DNA of 47,978 nucleotides, from assembly GCA_038248345.1 (NCBI GenBank), contig JBBRXO010000008.1, positions 1-47,978 of the forward strand. The letters are read 5' to 3'. The stretch is from Armatimonadota bacterium. Lineage in GTDB: Bacteria; Armatimonadota; Hebobacteria; CAIYQO01. Of this stretch, positions 1 through 9,700 are shown in pieces (position 1 is the stretch's first letter; every line of letters begins with the position of its first letter). The position numbers and the translations under genes were made by a program. The notes beneath the pieces were generated by a model. That model did not search any database, had not been told where the DNA came from, and worked only from the letters and a program-made list of their open reading frames with translations.

Positions 1-80
1 AAAGGGGGAAATAATCATCACACCGGGGAAAAGGAGTCAAACCCTCCAATCCCCATTTTTTATCTACGCAATAGGAAAAA

Positions 81-120
81 ATAATTGACGCGAACCGGAA
101 ATTATAATTGACGCGGGACA
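81..120. mobile_element. Putative transposon/IS terminal region (TGT...ACA-type end with two subterminal direct repeats)
   Basis: ATAATTGACGCG occurs at 81-92 and 104-115. The segment ends GGGACA at 120, which reads TGTCCCGCGTCAATTAT on the minus strand. No transposase lies within the window. Confidence 0.4.
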
Positions 121-129
121 CTCAAGGGT

Positions 130-2472
130 ATGCCATCTACACAACTAAGCACAAAGGATGAAGGGGTGATCTACATCTACGCCTATTGTACCGACGAGAA
201 TGGTCGTTTCCCTGCCGGTGACAGCACGATAAAATTTACCGACCAAGCACCCTCACCAGGAGTGACGGTTGAGGACTTGGGAACCCAGTATGGCGAGCGC
301 TGTGCGATCGTCACGGCGTTCCCCCCCGAACGCGGCGCATTGCCGCCCACGGTCACGGTTATTGTCAGCGCTGGTAATGATGGATTGATCCAGGCCCCCG
401 TGACCTTAACGCTTCAGCAAGTTCTGTGGCTCGTGATAGAGATGGTCAACGGTAATCGCACCCCCTCCAAACAGAAAGATTTCCCCGTCTTCGATGCCTG
501 GGAACATAAGGAGGAGCATAGCTGGAATCCTGGGGAACTGGTAGTCCATTTCCGTGGACTTGATTCAGAAGAACCGGTGTATCCAGGATTTATGCCGCTT
601 TATGAAATATTTCCCTCGATCCCAGATTATCTGGACATCCCTCCGTTAGTGACGGATGATAACCTCACCTGGCGTACCCACCCCAAATTGAAACCGAGTG
701 TAAAGATCCCGCCCGATTGGCTGAATAAGGATGGCGTGATCATCATCAAAATCCGTTGCACGAATATGCCGAAAGAAATTATGGCGGTTTTATCGGGAGC
801 AGGCGAGGGGGCTACTGGCGTCGCAGGTGCCGCTGGTTCAGCGGATATAGCCACGATGGGATATTATCTGGCGCCGATTCTCGAATTGCGTTACCGCCTT
901 GATACCGATGCAAACCAGACACGCTCATACCTGGGAGTGACATTGAAGTCGGATCAATTCGTCACCGATAGTATTGATGAACTGGGGATCATCTATTACG
1001 TCCATAACAGCGCTGATTCGGATATCATGTCGGTGGCCACCGAGTATGACATCGAAGATATCGAGTTCACCTTGACTGATGAACAGAAAAAGAAGTTTAC
1101 GCTGAATGAGGATGCCACATTTCAACATCCCGGACAGAAACGCTATACCATGCGCGCAACCACGACAATTCTCTATACCGATGAGATCATCTCCGACTCT
1201 TCATTATCACCATGCGAATTTTCCACTCGAGCAGAGATACAGCCGAATAATAATATGCCCAAATTCGTGCCACCCCTCGAATTAACTGTAGATACGACGG
1301 TCATACACGGATACATCTACCTCAAGCTCTGGGTGGTGCCGGGGAAGAACACCGGAACCTCTGAAGCGTCATGCTATGCCTGTATGGCCCCCAATTCCTC
1401 CGCCGCATTAATCGGTTTGCCGCTGACATTGGCGGTGGAAAATGTCGGCATCGGTGGACTGGCTCTTTCTGATCCAGAACAACAGATGACTAATGCTACC
1501 GGACTGTCCTCCTGGGTGTTACAGTATAGTGGATTGACGTGGGAAAACTACAATATGGCCGGATTCACCGTGAAATGCGGTATTCCTGATGGCCAGAATC
1601 CGCCGCTGGTGGCCACCGAGGTGATCTTCAACATCAGCAATAATGTTTCGTCTTTAGTGCGCGACATCTTTACTTATCAAGATAATCCGGCTCTGAATTT
1701 GAACAATCCTTTATGTAGCCTTGAAGGAATTAGCAACTGGAGGAAAGCCGCGGATTATGTCATTCCAGATGTATTGAGCGGTCCGAGTATTAATATCGCC
1801 TCCCTCGTCCTTACCGCTAAAATTAACGTAGAGCCGCAGGAGTTGACCCCGTATATCTGTGGAAATTACTCTACGCGAATATACGAATGGATGCTGACAC
1901 GGCGTTTTGGGAGAATAATTTCAGTTGATCCTGATACTTTGCTCTGCATGAATGGGATTGACCTGAATGAGTATTCGATGTGGTCTCTGGGGCCGATCAC
2001 GCATCATTTTGCCGGGTTCCATCTGAGCGGTGCAGACCCGATGGAGGATCCGCGTTTTATTGACCCCTGGTGGCGGCAGGATTGGAAGAAGAAGGAATAT
2101 CTGACGCTTGACGGTATGATGACTATCAATAGTGAACGCCTCTGTGTGGGGATCATGGTCGGATCTATCGTTGTAGTTGCTGTAATGGTCTCGGCATTAT
2201 GTATGGCACTGGCGTTCGCGGTATCATCCGGTTTCGTGCTCATATTGCTCAGAACTGGAGCTGTATCAGCTCTTGTTGAAATGTTGACGGTTCGAGTATA
2301 TGGGGTTGATAAGGGCGATTTTGAAGATGATGGATCCTATATGATAATGTTTCGAAAGTTCGCATACTATCATGACAAAACCCCGAGGCGCTGGGATCGA
2401 GATGCCGTTGAGGAATTCTTCCGCGGGCAGTTCCCAGAAGTGCCGCCGATAACAGGCTATCGCACCTGGTAA
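130..2472 (+). CDS. Large hypothetical protein with beta-rich N-terminal region, C-terminal papain/transglutaminase-like Cys-His-Asp motif and hydrophobic helices; possibly 5'-truncated
   Basis: 780-aa ORF. Motifs YICGNYS, THHFAGF and FIDPWW, then hydrophobic LCVGIMVGSIVVVAVMVSALCMALAFAVSSGFVLILL. No clear RBS or signal peptide. Confidence 0.75.
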   Translation: MPSTQLSTKDEGVIYIYAYCTDENGRFPAGDSTIKFTDQAPSPGVTVEDLGTQYGERCAIVTAFPPERGALPPTVTVIVSAGNDGLIQAPVTLTLQQVLWLVIEMVNGNRTPSKQKDFPVFDAWEHKEEHSWNPGELVVHFRGLDSEEPVYPGFMPLYEIFPSIPDYLDIPPLVTDDNLTWRTHPKLKPSVKIPPDWLNKDGVIIIKIRCTNMPKEIMAVLSGAGEGATGVAGAAGSADIATMGYYLAPILELRYRLDTDANQTRSYLGVTLKSDQFVTDSIDELGIIYYVHNSADSDIMSVATEYDIEDIEFTLTDEQKKKFTLNEDATFQHPGQKRYTMRATTTILYTDEIISDSSLSPCEFSTRAEIQPNNNMPKFVPPLELTVDTTVIHGYIYLKLWVVPGKNTGTSEASCYACMAPNSSAALIGLPLTLAVENVGIGGLALSDPEQQMTNATGLSSWVLQYSGLTWENYNMAGFTVKCGIPDGQNPPLVATEVIFNISNNVSSLVRDIFTYQDNPALNLNNPLCSLEGISNWRKAADYVIPDVLSGPSINIASLVLTAKINVEPQELTPYICGNYSTRIYEWMLTRRFGRIISVDPDTLLCMNGIDLNEYSMWSLGPITHHFAGFHLSGADPMEDPRFIDPWWRQDWKKKEYLTLDGMMTINSERLCVGIMVGSIVVVAVMVSALCMALAFAVSSGFVLILLRTGAVSALVEMLTVRVYGVDKGDFEDDGSYMIMFRKFAYYHDKTPRRWDRDAVEEFFRGQFPEVPPITGYRTW

Positions 2473-2505
2473 ATAATGGTGGTATATCGCTAGTAGAAGG
2501 AGGCG

Positions 2506-3267
2506 GTGATGTTTCAAATACCAAATATGGCCGGCGCGGGAATGCCGCAACCAGTTACCTTCGGCATTGCTCCTGCTGCCGAAGCAGCGCTGGATCGGCT
2601 GTGCATATGCATAAAAGAATTGGTAACAGGACAGCTTCTGGCCGAACCGCAATTACTTGGGCAGGATCTTGCAGTGTTCATAGGGCTAAACTCCATGTTG
2701 CCATCATTGCCTGGTGGAAAATGGAGCGGTGAAGAACGAGATGTCGACGGTGCCGGTTTGCACATGCTGCATTTGCGTAGAATCGATGGTGAGGAGTTAG
2801 CGCTCCATCGTGATGCGGCGATGATGCCCACCATTGGCTCCTGGTGCAGTGGTATCCCGGACGAAACCGTAGGGGCCGCCGTCTTTTTTCTCTCCTCAGG
2901 CCCTGGTGGGTGGGAACTAGGACTCGATACCGGCGTGGCTCCTATACAGCGTCATGCGCTCGGTGCCCTGCCCCCGCATGTCAACTGGGCTTCTCCGGTA
3001 TCTTCCGGCGGTGTCGGACTGGGTATTGCACTCATCGCCGGTGCACCACACGCACGGGAAGGAGAACAGCTCATTGACTACCTTCTTTCCACTACCGGAG
3101 AAAAAGAGATGATTCAACGTGGCGCATGCCAATTTTATGTGCGGGCAACAACGCTCTCAGCTCCCTGGTTGCAAGGTACGCTCACTCCGACAACCCTTCC
3201 CTTGGCCGACATTCAATATCACCTTGAATTCATTCAGCGTGACCTGCAAACGATTTTTTCGCGATGA
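2506..3267 (+). CDS. ABC-type solute-binding-protein-like protein (short, no signal peptide)
   Basis: AGGAGG RBS. C-terminal GIALIAGAPHAREGEQLIDYLLSTTGEKEM resembles Fe3+/polyamine/thiamine SBP C-termini. Lies directly upstream of the permease and ATPase. Confidence 0.55.
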   Translation: MMFQIPNMAGAGMPQPVTFGIAPAAEAALDRLCICIKELVTGQLLAEPQLLGQDLAVFIGLNSMLPSLPGGKWSGEERDVDGAGLHMLHLRRIDGEELALHRDAAMMPTIGSWCSGIPDETVGAAVFFLSSGPGGWELGLDTGVAPIQRHALGALPPHVNWASPVSSGGVGLGIALIAGAPHAREGEQLIDYLLSTTGEKEMIQRGACQFYVRATTLSAPWLQGTLTPTTLPLADIQYHLEFIQRDLQTIFSR

Positions 3268-4891
3268 GATCATTGATGCTAAAACTCCGTACCCTTAATT
3301 TAGAATACATTGCGCTGGCGCTATGCCGTTGCCTGGGTACGTTATTACTGGTCGCATTACTCGCACTGCCTTTGGTAGCACTCTGCTGGGATCTCGTGCT
3401 CATGTGGGGAGAAGGGAATCATACGTCGCTCCTGTCGTTGTTACCTGTGACCGGACGCAGTGGCAGTTGTTGGGTGCATCTCTCCTGTTCAGCGCGGCAG
3501 TTGCCGTGAGCACCATGATCATAGGTTTCGGCATCGCGACATGGTTAGCCGGTCACAAACGACTCACGTGGATATCACATTTCTTACTTCCAGTTTTGAT
3601 CGTCATACCACCATACCTGTACGCCATTATCTGGGCAAGTCCGTTGAATGCGGTAACCATCTGGTTTCTCGATCATTGGATCATCGCCCCCGCCATCTGG
3701 GGATGGCTCAATGCCTGGTGGACAGAAGTAATGTCGTATTTGCCACTAGCTGTCGGCAGTGCCATCGTCGGCTTTGCCTGCGTAGACCCTTCTCTTGTCG
3801 CTGCCGGACGCGTCGCCCAGAGTGAGGAGCGTGTATTCTGGCGTATTTTGTTGCCGCTGGCGCTCCCGAGTTTGTATGCCGGCGCGAGTATCATCTTCCT
3901 CTTCAGTCTACTGGAATATGGAGTACCCGCTCTTTTTTTCGTCACCGTCTACGCCATTGAGACCTTCGCGCAATTTTCTCTGGATGGGCGTCCGGGCCCC
4001 GCTGTACTGACTGTACTTCCGTTGATACTACTTAGCGCCGGCATACTATACGGCATATTGGGACGTGTGCGTCAGGTCGCCTCGATGCGCATGCACGATG
4101 ACGAATCGCTGTTTTTATTTCGGCGTCACTCTTTCGGATGGAGACTCTTCCACGGAGTGGCTATAACTATACTCGCTATACAGGTGCTGCTGCCGCTGGA
4201 GTACCTGCTCCGCAGTGTGCATTCCCCGCTGTTGTTTTGGCAAGTGGCGACGGCAGCATCTCACGAAGTGGCCACCACAATTATCCTCGCCCTCATGGTG
4301 GTGCTGACGGGTATACCTATCAGTATGTTCCTGGCCAACTGTTTGGCGCAACCTGGTCGAGCTAACTCTTTTTGGTGGATCATCGTCTGCCTCCCACTCG
4401 CACTACCAGCTTCCTTACTTGGTATAAGCATGATCGCACTCGTGCGTATCCCCGGTTTATCCAGTTTCCCCCAGGCATGGATGACAGTTGCGGGATCTCT
4501 AGCACATACCCTCCCATTGGCTGCATTGCTCGGATATGTTGTATTACAGCGGACAAATCGGCAGTATTTTGAAGCGGGGAGTATCTTCCAGAGGTCGTCA
4601 TTACTCGGTTTTTGGCGTATCTGGTTACCGTTGAGCGCTATGGGTTTCATGTCAGGCGGTGTGCTGCTGGTCACGCGCACGTTTGGAGAACTGGAAGCAA
4701 CGTTATTAGTAGTAGCGCCAGGGTCTGCAACACTGATGATGCGTCTCTACAATCTTCTTCATTACGGGGCATCGCCGGAGGTGTCGGCGTTAACATTGTT
4801 GTTAATGTTGCTCATTGGCGTTGCTTCATTACTGTTGTTGGTAGGATTTATCCTGGCGAAACGCATGAGAATGAACGGGGAACAACTATGA
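3264..4891 (+). pseudogene. Fe3+/thiamine-type ABC permease (two-repeat), split by a 1-bp frameshift near 3458
   Basis: The N-terminal TM segment is in ORF 3264-3509 and the body in ORF 3323-4891. Adding one C to GGACGCAGTGG joins LPVTGR to QWQLLGASLL. Two EAA-like loops (DPSLVAAGRV, NRQYFEAGSI). Could be a sequencing error. Confidence 0.7.
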
Positions 4892-5548
4892 ATGGAAGCG
4901 CAGTACAGGTATGTAAGATAGAAAAAAGTTATGGGGTCGTAAAGGTGCTCACCGATTTCTCCCTTTCCCTCGAAGTCGGTGAGACTCTGGCGATATTAGG
5001 GCCCAGTGGTTGTGGAAAGACCACCCTCCTACGCATGCTCGCCGGCCTCGACGTACCGGACGATGGGGAAATTTACCTGGCCGGACAATTGGCTAGTGAT
5101 CGCCGTGTGTTGTTGCTGCCACATCAACGTCATATCGGTTTCGTGTTTCAGCAACCGACACTATGGCCGCACATGACGGTGCAACAACAACTTGAATTCG
5201 CGTTGCCCCGACTACGTACGTCGGAACAACGGAATTGGCTACACTTACTGATGGAAAAGACAGGCATCTCCAAATTGTCACAGCGATATCCCGACCAATT
5301 ATCCGGTGGACAGGCAAGACGCGTAGCGATCGCTCGCGCTTTTGCCGCCCGTCCAACTCTCCTGCTCTTGGATGAACCGTTGGTCAATCTCGATCTCACC
5401 GGGAAGCAAAAGCTACTAAAAAATACTCGTCGACCTGCGTGAAGAAATCTGCAGCACCATGCTCTATGTCACGCACGATATTGATGAAGCAACAACGCTG
5501 ACAGATCGTCACTACAACATGTCACCAATTGGCATAGAGAAGGATTAG
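4888..5548 (+). pseudogene. ABC transporter ATP-binding protein (FbpC/PotA-like), frameshifted in an A6 run at 5418-5423
   Basis: Walker A GPSGCGKT, signature LSGGQ, Walker B LLLLDEP. The H-loop MLYVTHDIDEA continues in another frame after the A-run, to TAG at 5546-5548. ATGA overlap with the permease stop. Confidence 0.75.
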
Positions 5549-5816
5549 CGATTATTCCTCTCCACGAATACCCATATCCGGGAATAAACGGAATATCTAC
5601 GACACCAAAAACAAATGGGATGGGTATTGCAATAACAACACGCTGTACAACACGGTGGGCAACGTGCCCTACGCGGGGGTTTGTTAACCCCCAATATCTC
5701 AGCAAGTAAACAGCCCCAGCTACCGACCTCCGAGGTGCTCAGAGTGTCCAAAACTGTATGGAGTGGGGAGCCACTTCTTACAAAATCGACAATTAAATAA
5801 TGCCCGAAGTTAACAG

Positions 5817-5844
5817 ACCGCTGGAAGAAATTCCGGCGGTTTTT
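5817..5844 (+). terminator. Rho-independent terminator
   Basis: ACCGCTGGAA-GAAA-TTCCGGCGGT stem-loop followed by a T-tract. Confidence 0.6.
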
Positions 5845-5993
5845 GCGTGTTTACAGGCGTGGAAACACACATTATCTCTCTCGCTGGATAGTTTCGCCGA
5901 TTCTACCTGAGAGGTAGTTCCCCGAAAGTATGCCGACTATATCTCTCCACCTAGCAAAATCTCTCTGTACTCTTGGAGAGAGGTCATTTAAGG

Positions 5994-6043
5994 TTAACAG
6001 CCCCCTAAATCGCTCGTGCGCGAGTTTAACAGGGGGTTGTTAA
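5994..6043. repeat. Inverted repeat (possible MITE/IS scar or hairpin)
   Basis: TTAACAGCCCCCT ... AGGGGGTTGTTAA, 13-bp arms with one mismatch, located where the upstream pseudogene breaks off. Confidence 0.5.
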
Positions 6044-6498
6044 TCTCCGGCAAGGTTTAAGTCCGACATGGTGCCGTTTAAGACTTAAACCACCCGGAAG
6101 CTGTCCCTGCCAAATATGGAAAGCAGCAAGTCGCTCCCTTCTTGGATCATTATCCAACTGCGCAATATTTTTCTGAAACATCCAACTCCCGACCGTACAT
6201 AGAGGATCGAACGACGGGACGCCCAAGTTCTCCGCGAAACGCAAATCCATTTCGAAAAAGAAGGGGCAATGGCGAAAGATTACCGGCTGAAACCGTTCGG
6301 CGATTTCTTCGATTATTCGAGGCTTCAATAATGACGGATCCTCTGTGGGATGCATCTCGACATAACGATTCACGCTGCGAGTATTTCACGGCGGATTTGC
6401 ATATTTTTAGCCATAGCCGCAGGCATACTTTCAGCATAAAAATTCGGCAGACGATACTGATTGTAATAAGCTGATAACTCGTCATGTAATGATTGCAT
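6026..6498 (-). pseudogene. Truncated, frameshifted gene fragment, possibly the N-terminus of a pyruvate-formate-lyase-family glycyl radical enzyme
   Basis: AGGAG RBS before ATG at 6498 (MQSLHDELSAY...). One missing base near 6373 joins it to MNRYVEMHPTEDPSLLKPRIIEEIAERFQPVIFRHCPFFFEM. The family assignment is from recalled similarity only. Confidence 0.4.
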
Positions 6499-6757
6499 GA
6501 TATTCTCCTGACATATCAACTGGTACTTGTGTATCAGCAGATGTATCTGTTCAATAAACCTCATCAAGAAGGTGTTGCTAAAATTCATAATATCCCTGTC
6601 TCTACAATCAGTCGATGGCAATGGGCAGTTGTTCGTAGGCCGCGTAGGTATCTATTGACTGACTGAGGAGAGGGGGCTACTATGACTGTGGTAAACGTCA
6701 GGCAGTTCTCAAAATTTCATTCAAAGCAAAGATATTATTATTAAGGAGATAAACCTA

Positions 6758-9700
6758 ATGGTAGTAACACCAATAACTATCGAGAGTATTGAGAAAAATC
6801 TTCGAGAGCATCGTCATGAGACAGCGCGCCGGCACTGCCTGCTGGCGCTGCAGAAGCCGGCAACCGAGCGAAAGCAGCTTTCGCTGCTGCTGCATCAGGC
6901 GTATCGTCAATTGGGAGATATGCCGTCCGCCTGCGAATTATTAGAGCATTTATCGCCAGAAAATGATGACGAGCGCCTGGCTATTACACTACTGCTGGCG
7001 GAAGATTTTCATCTGGTTTCCAGTTATGATTTCTATCGCGGCTCGAAGTATGCCGATGCTGGTCTGACCGGTGAAGAATATGAAGTAATGCAGCAAAAAC
7101 GCGCTTTCGAGTATTTCGCGAAAGCAATCGCACTCGCGACCACTGACGCGCGCCGCCGGCAGGTTGCCGATGTGCTCATGCGGTGCAATCGCAAGGCGGA
7201 AGCGAAATTGATCCAACCCACGGCGGTGTCTGTAGAACTAACGGTTGTCACCATAGCACCTGCGCAAACCGGCATATTATCCGGAATCTTACACTACGCT
7301 GCCGGAGGCTTGGCAACCAGGTGTACCATCACGCTAGGACTGGCAGTCGATGTCACCCATACGGAGCCGAACACCTACCTTGAACCAGTTATGGGTAATA
7401 AGGTTCGAATTGGCAAACAACAATCCATAACCACGGTTACTGATGAGCACGGCCGCTTCCGCTTTGACACCGTACCTGCCGGTCGGCATGAATTTTTAGC
7501 TGTTTCTCTCGACCCAAAGCAATACGCCATCTGCACACGCTTCCTGGCGCATAACATTATCGTAACCGCCGGGGAAGAGGTTTCGCTGAAATTGACCGTG
7601 GATGAGTGGCAGAGCGCCCCACCACGTGAGATAACTAATCCGTTCCATGTGGAACTGCTGCGCAATGGCGTTTCCTATAATTTAGTGCACCAGGAGATTC
7701 TCGGCAATCCGTTCTACTTCAATTTCGATCGTCAACCGGTCAGCTTCACGCTGCCTGCCGGTGTACCGGCCAATGGATACTCATTCCTGCTGTTGTCATC
7801 CGCCGAACTCGACCAACCGCAACCATTTCAGCTCACCGGCAATATTATGACGTTCTTCACGGAGTTACCGCAATGTACCGACCGCGTCTTCGCTCTCTAT
7901 CAAGCGGAAAAGGGTCAGGCGGAACAGGTGCGTATTCCCCCGCTCGTGCTTGCTCCGGATGCTGATGGTCAAACCGCCACCGTGAATACCGGACGCGCGA
8001 CGTTCCGCCTTCCATTTGGCGAAGGCACTGATTCCTTGCCGCCCCTGCTGGCGGTATGCGGCGAGAACGACGTCTGGCGCGGCCAGGGTCGCTTTATCCT
8101 ACCGGACGGCGTGTCCATCACCGGACGCAAAACAGAAGTGCTGGACTGCGGTCCACTGGTTTTGGTCGTGCGCGTCTCCTACACCCTGTCAAACGGCAAG
8201 TCGTATGCGGTCGAGTTTACAGCACACCGCGACGAAGCGTACCTGCTGACGCGCGAGATATGCCTCGATGTGCCGGGTATGGCGTTCGAATTTTCGTTGC
8301 CAGAGTTCTCCGGCGGACGCGGTTTCCTGCACTGGACACCGGAAAGCGGCAACCGCCATTGGAGCGATCTAACGGCTGAGACGCGTGAGTTGGCACGCCT
8401 GCAGGAATCAGTCGCCTGGTGGATTCCCCCACAAGGTTTTGGCTACGCGATGACCCCAGCTGACCTGAATTCCGATGTTTATATCGGCATCTTCACTATC
8501 CGCCGCGGCGAGTGGATCGACCGCAAATTTGCCAGCATCACCAATGGCCCGACTGATAATTATGAATTGGATTGGCCGTATCCGGAGATGGTCGGCTCAA
8601 CCGTATCCATGATTACCGTGCATACCACTACCGAAGGGGACGCCTATTTCCGTTTCAAAGCGTTTGATGGCGAGCGCCGCTGGGGCATTCTCGCTTCCAC
8701 CTTTGAACGCAATGACGGGCCATTCAAGGAAATCTCTGCGGTGCAGCACAAAAACTCTTCGCCACGTCTGCAAATCTTCAAGGATTGGCATCTGGACATG
8801 CAGGACGGACATCAGCGACCGTCCGTGGTGATTTCGCGAGATATGCTGCGCGAAGCACGTGAGAAGATGGCCGATCCGATCATGGGGCCGTACTGGCAGA
8901 AGATTGTTCAAGGCCTAATTCCCGGGCCGGTGGCCGGCGTGCGCTTTGCCATCGAAGGCGATCCGTTGGTGGCCTGGCGCATGAAATGTGAACTGGTCGA
9001 TGTTGCGCAAATCCGCGCTAAGATGACGTTGCTTGGACGCGATTTCTCCGATATGTATAGCCCGGTCGGCGCACGACCAATCACCCCGTGGGCGGAACAG
9101 TACGACCTGATCGCCGCTTCCGGCGTTTTTACTCCGGCAGAAGAACAACTGGTGCGTTCCTTCCTGATGCTCATGGGGCATATGTACATGGAAACCGACC
9201 ATATGAACTGGAAGTTCAATGGCCGCAACACGAACTTTGAAGCTGATCGCATCGATGTGGTCGGCGCCGTGGCGCTCACCTTCAGCAGCAACCCGGATTC
9301 TGCAGTCTTCATTCCGCACGTCAGCGAATGCCTGGCCAATACCTTGCGCATCTACACCACGCCGGGTAGTGGCAAGTGGTACGAGAATCCGGCCTGTTAT
9401 TACCTGTCGTCCCTTAAATGTCGAATGAACCTGGCATTCCATCTGGCCAAGCATGGATTTCTCGACCCGACAAAACTGCCCCGCATTAAGGATTTCCTGA
9501 GCTGGGGTATTAATCTGGCCACACCGCGCTTCCCGACCTCCTACGAACTCCTGACAGCAGGCGCAACAGACGCGGAGTACCGAACCGCGACACAAGCGCG
9601 ACGTATTCCCCCCATCGGCGACCACGCGCACCTCGGTCTTTGGTTTACGGAATTTCATGCCATGATGGCATCACTGCTTCGCGAGTCTGATCCCGCCTTT

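Noticed and set aside
4612..4887. N-terminal extension of the ABC ATPase ORF
   Set aside because: It overlaps the permease. The real start is most likely the ATG at 4888, coupled to the permease stop.
5469..5751. Short minus-strand ORFs (78 and 68 aa) after the ABC ATPase
   Set aside because: No RBS or recognisable motif, and they partly overlap the frameshifted ATPase tail.
5741..5780. AGAGTGTCCAAAACTGTATGG resembling an IS256-family end
   Set aside because: I found no matching inverted end or transposase remnant, and the similarity is too short.
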